NCBI GenBank assembly: GCA_040007635.1
Contig: JBDTUR010000001.1
Location: 9,205-73,204, forward strand
Source of the DNA: Chloroflexota bacterium
GTDB taxonomy: Bacteria > Chloroflexota > Limnocylindria > Limnocylindrales > CSP1-4
DNA length: 64,000 nucleotides
Reading direction: 5' to 3'
The first letter of the stretch is position 1, and every line of letters begins with the position of its first letter. The notes beneath the pieces were generated by a model. That model was not told where the DNA came from. It saw nothing but the letters and a program-made list of their open reading frames with translations, and searched no databases. Positions 35,814 through 44,600 of this stretch are shown one piece after another. Made by a program: the position numbers and the translations under genes.

Positions 35814-37214
35814 ATGAGATTTCTGATTACCAACGGCATCGTCGTGAACGCGAACGGCTCGACTGAGGCAGACGTCCTGATCGACGGTGAAAAGGTCATG
35901 GCGGTTGGTCGGGGCCTTGCTGGATCTGCTTTGGCGGCTGGAGTCGAGCAGACGATCGACGCGACCGGCAAGTACGTCATACCCGGCGCGATCGACGTCC
36001 ATACGCACATGGAGCTGCCCTTCGGCGGCACCTTCGCCAAGGACACGTTCGAGAGCGGCACGCGCGCGGCGGCATTTGGTGGCACCACGACCATCATCGA
36101 TTTCGCCGTCCAGTCCAAGGGCAAGTCGCTTCGCGAAGGCCTCGATGCCTGGCACGCCAAGGCTCAGGGCAACGCCACAACGGACTACGGCTTCCACATG
36201 ATCATGAGTGACGTCACCGATGCCTCGCTGGCTGAGATGGATCAGCTGGTCAACGAGGGTGTCACCGACTTCAAGCTCTTCACGGCCTACCCGGGCGTCT
36301 TCTACAGCGACGACGGGTCGATCTTCCGTGCCATGCAGCAGACCGACAAGAACGGCGGGCTGATCATGATGCACGCCGAGAACGGCATGGCCATCGACGT
36401 GGTCGCCGCGCAGCTGGCCGAGTCGGGCAAGACGGACCCGTACTGGCACGGCGTGGCGCGCTACCCGGTCTTCGAGGGCGAGGCGACCAACCGCGTCATC
36501 CGCCTGGCTGAGGCCGCGAACGTGCCCGTGTATATCGTCCACCTGTCCGCGCGCGACGCTCTGGACCAGGTTCGCGCGGCACGCGACCGCGGCTCAATGG
36601 CCTTTGCCGAGACGTGCCCGCAGTACCTATTCCTGTCGCTCGACGACATGGGTAATGGCTTCAATGGCGCGAAGTTCGTGTGCTCGCCGCCGTTGCGCCC
36701 CAAGGACCACTGGGAATCGCTCTGGCAGGGGCTGGTCAAGGACGATCTGCAGCTCGTGGCGACCGACCATTGTCCGTTCGACTTCGAGACCCAGAAGCAG
36801 CTCGGAGTGGGCGACTTCCGCAAGGTGCCCAACGGGCTGCCCGGCGTCGAGGACCGGGTCGACCTGCTGCACGATGGCGGCGTCGTGGGCGGCCGCATCA
36901 CGAAGGAGCGTTGGGTCGAGATCGTGTCTGCCGCGCCGGCGCGCATGTTCGGCCTGGCCGGAGTCAAGGGTGTCGTCGGCCCTGGAGCCGACGCCGACCT
37001 CGTCATCTACGACCCCACACGCAAGCACACCATCAGCGCCAAGTCGCACCACATGGACGTCGACTACTCGTGCTACGAGGGTCGGGCTGTCGTGGGCGGC
37101 TCTGACATCGTCATGTCGCGCGGCCGGGTGATCGTCGAGAAGGGCGACTGGAAGGGCGAAAAAGGGTGGGGCAAGTTCCTCAAGCGCAAGACCGCGCGCG
37201 AGTACCTGACCTAA
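35814..37214 (+). CDS. Dihydropyrimidinase / D-hydantoinase (cyclic amidohydrolase)
   Basis: AIDVHTHMELPFGG metal-ligand motif and a carboxylated-Lys region typical of hydantoinases; 466 aa. Confidence 0.9.
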   Translation: MRFLITNGIVVNANGSTEADVLIDGEKVMAVGRGLAGSALAAGVEQTIDATGKYVIPGAIDVHTHMELPFGGTFAKDTFESGTRAAAFGGTTTIIDFAVQSKGKSLREGLDAWHAKAQGNATTDYGFHMIMSDVTDASLAEMDQLVNEGVTDFKLFTAYPGVFYSDDGSIFRAMQQTDKNGGLIMMHAENGMAIDVVAAQLAESGKTDPYWHGVARYPVFEGEATNRVIRLAEAANVPVYIVHLSARDALDQVRAARDRGSMAFAETCPQYLFLSLDDMGNGFNGAKFVCSPPLRPKDHWESLWQGLVKDDLQLVATDHCPFDFETQKQLGVGDFRKVPNGLPGVEDRVDLLHDGGVVGGRITKERWVEIVSAAPARMFGLAGVKGVVGPGADADLVIYDPTRKHTISAKSHHMDVDYSCYEGRAVVGGSDIVMSRGRVIVEKGDWKGEKGWGKFLKRKTAREYLT

Positions 37215-37273
37215 GCGCCTGCTCTGGTTTGCGCGCTTTGCGCGCTTGGCGGTCAGGTACTTCGATACCCGGG

Positions 37274-39472
37274 TTAGCGCTCGAAACGGCCCATGTCGGG
37301 TGCGCTGCCGCGATAGCCGTCCGTCACGCCACTGACGATGCGGCCGCGATCGATGGCCGGCGAGTCGCTCGACAGCCGGTAGTCATGGTTCGCCGGATCG
37401 GTGAAGCTGGGATTCCCGGTGAGGCCGTGCACTTCCTTGCCGGTCCAGGAGCGGAACGTGTCGAGGCTCGTTGTGCCGCCGATGCCAACCACGGTGGCGA
37501 CATAGCCCGAGCCACTGTTGTAGACCAGGTTGTAGTCGATCACGACTGAGGCAGGCAGCGGCCAGGTCTCGATGCCATAGGCCTTGCCGCTCGTGACCCA
37601 GATGATGTTGTTGACGATCTGCAGGCCATCGATCGAGGCGCCCCAGCCGCCCTTGTTATGGGAGATGTCGAAGACGAAGACCTGCAGGTCGTGGAAGGTG
37701 TTGTTGGCCACGATGGTGTTCGAGGCACAGCGCAGGATCATGCCCTTCGAGACATCGACGGTCGTCGCACCATAGATGACGTTGCGCGTGAAGCGGCCGT
37801 TGTTGCACGGCGTCTTGTTGGCGTCCGTGCCTGATTCGAGCACGGTGCGGTTGTCCCAGATCGTGTTGTCGGTGATGGTCCAGTTGCTGGCACCAAAGAC
37901 GCTGAAGGCGCCGCCGTCGTAGCCGTAGTCGTAGCTGACCGCCCGGTTGCCCCAGATCGAGTTGCCGCGGACGGTCACGCTGCCGGTGGTCATGACCAGC
38001 GCGATGCCTTCGCCGCCGGCATCGTCGTCCGCGATGTCCGCGGTGTTGACGATCATCTTGTCGTTGTGGTGGACCAGGTTGTCGGTCACGAGCGTGCCCT
38101 GGCCGGCGCGACCGACGTAGATGCCGACCGCGTTGTGGGACACCTCGTTGCCATCGATGGTGACATAGGTCGAGCTGAACGAACGCACGCCCCAGACCTT
38201 GTTGGCGGTGATCAGGTTGTCGCTGATGTCGATGTATGAGCTGCTCTCGGCAGTGATGCCGGCGCTGTTGTAAGCCGGCCCTGAGCTGCCGCGGATGGTC
38301 AGGCCGGTGACGCGCACGTAGGCCGCGCCGACGATCTTGATCGTGTACTGCGCCACACCATAGCCGTCGACAACGGGCTTCTCGCTGCCGTACGCGGTGA
38401 AGGTGATCGGTGCCGCGGCGGTGCCTGAGCGGCGCATCACGAACGAGCCGTAGGTGCCCGCGCGCAGATAGACGGTCGCTCCGGCGGGCACCGTGTCAGC
38501 TGCCTTCTGGAGTGTCTTCCAGGGTGCCGCCAGGGTGCCCGGATTGGCGTCACTGCCAGTCGGCGCCACGTAATAGGGGTTGCTGCCTGGCGGCGCTGTT
38601 GGGTTCGGCGGAGACGTGGGCGATGGCGTCGGTGGCTGCGTGGGCGATGGCGTCGGCGCGGGTGGCTGGGTGGGCGCGGGAGAGCTGGTCGCGGCGGCCT
38701 GATACTGGTCAAAGGCGACCACGAATGGACCGCCCTTCGCCGCTGTTGATGCATATGTGATCAGGGCCACCGCGCCGGATCTCTGAAGTGCCGGCTTGCT
38801 ATCGGTGGAACTGTACGACCAAGTAGGCGGCTCGGGCGAGGATGACGGCCACGACCGTATTTGAATACCCGTCGGCGCCGAACCCGTGACGCGCACCCGC
38901 AGGTTCCATTGGGTGCCGATGGTTACTCGGTCGGTAATTGGCGAAGGGCTACCGATCTTCACGTCGCTTCCAGCAACGTATTTGCTCGCCCAGACCTCGG
39001 CGGCACCACCGGGCCGTATCCGTAGCCATGCGCGATATGCGTTACCTGTTGACGGAGCACGGCGTGCAACAGCAACGATCGAAACGGAGCCCTGAGTCGG
39101 CAGCTTGGAGAGCCGAAAACTCAATAGGAGCTCGACGTCACGTTGGTTGATCGAGCCCAGCGTGGCAGATCGACTCGCGCCCGATCTGGGCAGCGTCATC
39201 CGGCCCGCGCCGGCCGACACGCCGTAATCCTGCGCTGGCCCAGGTGTCATGTAGCTGCCGCCCACTTTTGCCGCGCCCCAACCGTTGATCGTTGTGCGAG
39301 CAAAATCGTCATAGGCGTAGGCAGACGATGACGCCGCGATCGGATCGGCGGTCACGACGGTCGTCAGCGAGAGCCCGCCCACTAGCGCGAGCCCAAGAAT
39401 AAGGATCAGCGAGGAGCGCTTCCGGGTATTGCCTCTAGGCGTCCGGGCCGCGGCTCCATCAGATACCGGCAC
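37274..39472 (-). CDS. Secreted protein: signal peptide, one copy of the unassigned about-210-aa domain, Pro/Thr linker, right-handed parallel beta-helix (pectin-lyase-fold) region
   Basis: N-terminal TM/signal; DDFARTTINGWGAAKVGGSY...AYRAWLRIRPGG...TGIQIRSWP...FVVAFDQY matches the repeated domain. The beta-helix repeat region is Asn/Gly/Ile-rich (e.g. NNIIWVTSG). Confidence 0.75.
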   Translation of the reverse strand: MPVSDGAAARTPRGNTRKRSSLILILGLALVGGLSLTTVVTADPIAASSSAYAYDDFARTTINGWGAAKVGGSYMTPGPAQDYGVSAGAGRMTLPRSGASRSATLGSINQRDVELLLSFRLSKLPTQGSVSIVAVARRAPSTGNAYRAWLRIRPGGAAEVWASKYVAGSDVKIGSPSPITDRVTIGTQWNLRVRVTGSAPTGIQIRSWPSSSPEPPTWSYSSTDSKPALQRSGAVALITYASTAAKGGPFVVAFDQYQAAATSSPAPTQPPAPTPSPTQPPTPSPTSPPNPTAPPGSNPYYVAPTGSDANPGTLAAPWKTLQKAADTVPAGATVYLRAGTYGSFVMRRSGTAAAPITFTAYGSEKPVVDGYGVAQYTIKIVGAAYVRVTGLTIRGSSGPAYNSAGITAESSSYIDISDNLITANKVWGVRSFSSTYVTIDGNEVSHNAVGIYVGRAGQGTLVTDNLVHHNDKMIVNTADIADDDAGGEGIALVMTTGSVTVRGNSIWGNRAVSYDYGYDGGAFSVFGASNWTITDNTIWDNRTVLESGTDANKTPCNNGRFTRNVIYGATTVDVSKGMILRCASNTIVANNTFHDLQVFVFDISHNKGGWGASIDGLQIVNNIIWVTSGKAYGIETWPLPASVVIDYNLVYNSGSGYVATVVGIGGTTSLDTFRSWTGKEVHGLTGNPSFTDPANHDYRLSSDSPAIDRGRIVSGVTDGYRGSAPDMGRFER

Positions 39473-39755
39473 AATCGTCCCTCTAGGTTCGCCGTCGCAC
39501 GGCGGCTATGGGCCGATCACTGTGATAGCTCGGCAGTACGCTTATAGCCTCTGCACCGCATCGGGACACGACTCCCAAATGGGCTACGGCGGATAGCCGA
39601 ATCTGCCACCGTTGATCACCCCTCACCGCCACGCTGGGGCGCGGCGACGCAGGCACCTTACCATAGCCAACCACCCCTATCCCGACTGCACGACACAGGG
39701 GTGGTGGCCCTTTCGCACCAGCCGCTCGACTGGCGCTTTGTCTGTCGTGGTCAGC

Positions 39756-41174
39756 TCAAGTGGGCCGGCGTCGGAAGGCGCCTGGGCCGAACGCGATTGA
39801 CTGAATGCCCAGCGTTCGGTAGGCGATGATCACGAGCACCACGTTCGCAAGCGTCAGGCTGGCCACGGCTCCAAGGGCGGCCCCGACCGTATCGAGCGTG
39901 GGAATCAAAACACCAGAAACTGTCAGGTTAATCAGCGCCCCGGCCGTGATCGCCAACGCAGCTCGACGTTGATGACCGGTCATTACCAGCAGGGTCGCCA
40001 CCGTCCCGGTTGCCGCATTCACCAACTGGCCGACAGTCAGGATTGCCAAGGCGGCGTTTGCACCGGCGAATTCTCCACCGAAGAATAGGTCCAATATCTG
40101 CCGACCGGCCGCGAGATAGGCGAATGCGAGCGGAAGCGCCGCGAGGAGGGCGCCGCGAGCACCAAGCGTGACGAGATGCTGCAGTTGCTGGCGCTCGCCC
40201 GCTGCCCAAAGACGGGCAGCCATCGGCCCGATCGCGGCGGAGACTGCGGCCAGTGGGAAAGCAACCAAGAGCGCTCCGCGCTGCGCGACGGCATATAGCC
40301 CTGCGGCCTCTGATCCGCTCATCGCACCCAGCAGGGCTACGCCGATTTGGCTGTTCAGAACACTGGAGCCGCTAAGGAAGCCGAGGGAGATGGCGGACAT
40401 AAGCCATGGGCGCGTTGCGTATGCCGGTCGGGCCTCCCGGACCTCTCGCGGTGTGCGCACCCACAGCAGAGCGACGCTGACCAGGCATGCGACGGCAATG
40501 CTCAGGCTGTAGAAGAACACGGCGCCTGCAGGGTCGATGGCGGCGCCCGCCGCTGCCACAACAACAACCAGTGCCAGCAGAACCGCTGGCCTGAGTATGT
40601 ACTCTGGAGCTTGTCCCAGGAGGATGTCGTGCAATCCCATCAAGCCGCCCTGGACAATCCTGCCCAGTGCCAGGAAAGGGAGGCCTACGACACCCAACCA
40701 GAACGCGATAAGGCCAGTTGACGGCGTGCCGCCAGCAACGATCCAGGCTGCGACAACCGTGCCGAGCGCCAGGACAACCGAGAGAATTAGCACCATTTGC
40801 TGGGCGCGCAGGAGGAGACCATGGGCCAGCCCGTATACGGCTGTACTGCTGTAGACGGCTATGTCTCGGATGACCAGCCTGTCGATGCCTAACACGGCCG
40901 GAATACCCAGCAGCGTTACGGTCGCGATCACGAACGAATAGACCCCGAATCCGGCGGCGCCCATCATCTGGGCCAGCAAGATCGTGGTCACGGTCGTAAT
41001 GGCGACGTTGGCGAGGTTGAGCGCGAGGCCACCAATTGCGTTGCGGGCAAGTAGCCGCGACGCGCCGCGCTCACTCCGGCGAGGGATCCCCTCGGCCTCT
41101 ATCGGCTCCAAGGTTTGACCGACTTCAAGGGGACTTCGCCTCCACTGGCCCCCGTGACACGGGGCAACACCCAC
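39756..41174 (-). CDS. Wzx-type oligosaccharide/polysaccharide flippase (MOP/MATE superfamily)
   Basis: About 12 predicted TM helices and a polysaccharide-biosynthesis-protein-like length. The exact start is uncertain. Confidence 0.7.
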   Translation of the reverse strand: MGVAPCHGGQWRRSPLEVGQTLEPIEAEGIPRRSERGASRLLARNAIGGLALNLANVAITTVTTILLAQMMGAAGFGVYSFVIATVTLLGIPAVLGIDRLVIRDIAVYSSTAVYGLAHGLLLRAQQMVLILSVVLALGTVVAAWIVAGGTPSTGLIAFWLGVVGLPFLALGRIVQGGLMGLHDILLGQAPEYILRPAVLLALVVVVAAAGAAIDPAGAVFFYSLSIAVACLVSVALLWVRTPREVREARPAYATRPWLMSAISLGFLSGSSVLNSQIGVALLGAMSGSEAAGLYAVAQRGALLVAFPLAAVSAAIGPMAARLWAAGERQQLQHLVTLGARGALLAALPLAFAYLAAGRQILDLFFGGEFAGANAALAILTVGQLVNAATGTVATLLVMTGHQRRAALAITAGALINLTVSGVLIPTLDTVGAALGAVASLTLANVVLVIIAYRTLGIQSIAFGPGAFRRRPT

Positions 41175-41289
41175 CGGCCCGCATTTCCTGGTCCTACTCT
41201 GGAAGGCGAGAGCTGGTGGCCGGATTATCGCCCAATAACTAGGCGAACGGACCGGACCCGGCCCAGGGGGTCAGCGCCCGACTAGAGTG

Positions 41290-41640
41290 GCGGCGCAATC
41301 TACAGGTCGTCGAAGCCGAGAATGACCGGCGCGTTGGATAGGCCGGCGTCGACGTAAAGGCGCAGGCCGGCTTCGCCGGCGGCCTGGAGGACCGAGGTCG
41401 TCCTGGTCGCCGTGAATTGCCAGCCTGCTGGTTCCGGCGGGCCGTCAGCCCAGGCCCGGACTCGAATCGTCTGTGGATTAGAGCCGACCACCTGGGCGCG
41501 CAGCCATAGCCAACCGTTCGCGGTGTAGCTGGGCCGGCACCGTGACCGCGGGGCCGAGCGACGACTCGACGTCGTTAACGACCACTCCGGCGCGCACCTG
41601 AACCGCAGCGCTGGGGTCGATGATCACGGCGACTTGACGA
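41290..41640 (-). pseudogene. Truncated, frameshifted remnant of the C-terminal half of the repeated about-210-aa domain, immediately after the stop of the 1790-aa gene
   Basis: Frame a reads ...VIIDPSAAVQVRAGVVVNDVESSLGPAVTVP. Frame c continues ...YTANGWLWLRAQVVGSNPQTIRVRAWADGPPEPAGWQFTAT...GLRLYVDAGLSNAPVILGFDDL*. There is no N-terminal half, no start and no signal peptide. Confidence 0.55.
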
Positions 41641-44600
41641 GGAAATCGTCGAAGTTGAACGTCACCGGTGCGTTGGACAGGCCGCCGCTGACGTAGAGGC
41701 GGAGGCCAACCCCGCCGGCGATTTGGACGGCGGCGTTCGAGTTGGTGGCGCTGTACTGCCAGGAGACTGGCTCGGCTGAGCCGTCGAGCCATGCCTTGAC
41801 GCGGATAGTGGTCGGATTGGTGCCGGAAATCTCGGCGCGCAGCCAAAGCCAGGCATTGGCGGTGTAGGTCAAGCCGGGCACGGTGGCCAGCGCTCCCATA
41901 GCCGACTCGGTGCTGTTCACCACCACCCCGGCCCCAACCTGGATGGTGCCGTTGGGCAAAATGACGAGCTTGGGCCGGTAGGCATTGTTGGCGTTGCGCC
42001 GTGCCTCGCCATAGATGAACAGGTTGCCCGCGCTGGGCAGTTTGTTTACGCGCACCCGGAAGCGGATGTCAACGCTGGTAACCGAGACGGCGTTCAGCAA
42101 TGCGGCGAGGTTTGCGCCGGAGGACGGCGCGACTATGGTGCCGACGCCCGAGCCAACGCCGAAATTGGAACTCGCGCCGTATAGGCCATAGGCGCCGCCG
42201 ATGTTGGCGCTTGCCCAGCCGCCAGTAACCGTGCGGTCGAAGCTGTCGCTGACGTAGGTGGTGAACGTGGGCGGGCTGACGCTGACGAGCTTGGTCTCGC
42301 TGTCCGTGCCGCCGGCGTTCGTCGCCGTAAGCGTCACACTGTAACTTCCAGCACTTGCGTAGGTATGGGCCGGGTTCTGCTGGCTGGAGCTGCCACCGTC
42401 GCCGAAGTCCCAGCTCCAGCCCGTGGGCGACCCAGTGGAGCTATCGCTGAAGTTGACGGTCAGCGTGCCGGGCTGCTGGACCTGGCTGAAATTGGCTACG
42501 GGGAGGGCGACGACCATGACCGTCTTCATTTGGCTGCCGGACCCACCGCCGTTAGTCGCAGTTAGCTTGACGGTGTAGTTGCCGCCACCGGCATAGATGT
42601 GGGACGGGTGCTGCACGCTCGAGCTGGCGCCGTCGCCAAAATCCCAGATCCAGGACGTGGGCGAGCCACTCGACACATCAGTGAACATCACCGCCAAAGT
42701 GTTCGCCTGCTGGGCGAACGAGAAATCGGCAACCGGCGGTATGGGTAGCACCGTCACACTCTTCGTTTCACTGTCCGAGCCGCCCAAGTTGCTGGCGGTG
42801 AGCGTGACGGTATAGTCTCCCGGCGCGACATAGGTATGCGTCGGGTTCCGCTCGGTCGAGCTACCGCCGTCGCCAAAGTCCCAGTTCCACGAGGCGGGCG
42901 ACCCGATGCTGGCGTCATGGAAGTTGGCCGTCAGCGTGCCTGCCTGCTGGGCAGAGGTAAAGTCAGCGAACGGCGGTGGCGGCGGGATGACAACACTCAC
43001 AGACTTGTTCACGCTGGTCGAGCCACCCGCGTTACTCGCATTGAGGGTGACGTTGTAGTTGCCGGACAGCAGGTACACATGGCTCGGGTTCTGCTGCGTC
43101 GAACTTGCGCCATCGCCAAAGTCCCAGTTCCACGACGTGGGCGAGCCGGTTGAAGCGTCGGTGAAGTTCACGGTCGTACCGCCGGACTGCTGGGCAAACG
43201 TGAAATCGGCAACCGGCGCGGGGAGCGAGACAGTAACCGTTTTGGTGACGGTGCCAGGGCCACCGGAGTTGGCCGCGGTGAGCGAAACGCTGTGACTACC
43301 GGACGCCGCGTACGTGTGCGACGGGTTCTGCAGAGTCGAGCTTGTGCCGTCGCCAAAGTTCCAGCCCCAAGAGGTGGGCACGCCGGTAGAGGTGTCGGTG
43401 AAGTTGACCGTCAGCGTGCCGGGCTGTTGCGCGAACGAGAAGTTGGCTACGGGAGTAGCCGGCGCCACGGTTACCGCCATGGTCGCGGTGCTTGAGCCGC
43501 CGGCATTGCTGGCCGTTAACGTAACCGTATAAGCACCCGTTGCGGCGTAGGTGTGCGACGGGTTCTGCAGAGTCGAGCTTGTGCCGTCACCAAAGTTCCA
43601 GTTCCAGCCAGCGGGCGAGTTAGTCGATGTGTCGGAGAAGTTCACCGTCAGCGTCGCAGGCACCTGGCTCGAAGCGAAACTCGCGGTGGGTCGCGTGATT
43701 GGTGCTCCGCCGGTTGAACGCACGAGGTAGTCGTCGAAATTGACGGTAAAAGGCACGTTGGTCGCGCTCGTGTAGAAACGAAGGCCCACTGTCCCGGCCG
43801 TCCGAACGGCCGCGTTGGAGTTGGTTACGGCGTACTGCCAGCTGGCGGGTTCAGCCGCGCCGTCCGCCCAGACCTTCATTCGAATGGTCGTAGGGCTGGC
43901 TCCGGAGACCTCGGCGCGCATGCGCAACCAGGTGTTCGGAGCGTAGGTCAGGCCGGGGATTGTCATTGCGTTCGCAACCGACGATTCGCTGCCATTGACC
44001 ATCACGCCCACGTGGGCCTGGACGGCGCCTGCCGGCGTGATCATGATCTTGGGCCGATACGCGTTGCCGCCGTTGCGCCTCGTCTCCGCGTAGATATAAA
44101 GATTGTCGCCCACAGGAAGCTTGCGTGCCCGGACGCGAACGTTCATGTCCAGGTCACGCGTCTGGACGTCGCCCAGAAGCGCAGAACCGGCGTTGCCCTT
44201 GATGGACAACAGCATCGCCGCCATCCCGCCACCGACGCTATAGGCGACGGGCGTGGGCTCAAGGTAGTAGGGACCGCCGACGTCGGCCATGCCCCAGTGG
44301 TCGCCGATCGTCCTCTCGAAGCTGTCTGCGGCAAGAACCGTGCCCGGCGCCAGTGGATTGACCGTGACAGTCTTGGTGATGCTCTGCGAGCCAGAGTCGC
44401 TGGTCACCGTGACGGTCGCGTCATAGGTGCCAGCCCCGTAAGTCCAGCTGGGATTCTGGAGCGAGGACGTGCCTCCGTCCCCGAAGGTCCACGACCAAGC
44501 ATAGGGAGAACCGCTCGAATTATCCGCGAAATCGATAGTCAAAGTGCCGACTTTCTGGCTCCAGTTGAAGTCGGCCGCTGGCAGCACTGGCGGCCCACCG

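Noticed and set aside
42597-43532. Repeated plus-strand ORFs inside the 1790-aa gene (VELAPSPKSQ... x3), and the tandem array considered as a possible CRISPR/repeat element
   Set aside because: They are antisense echoes of the six tandem PKD coding repeats. The 240-bp period units lack CRISPR-like spacer/repeat structure and sit in-frame in a large CDS.
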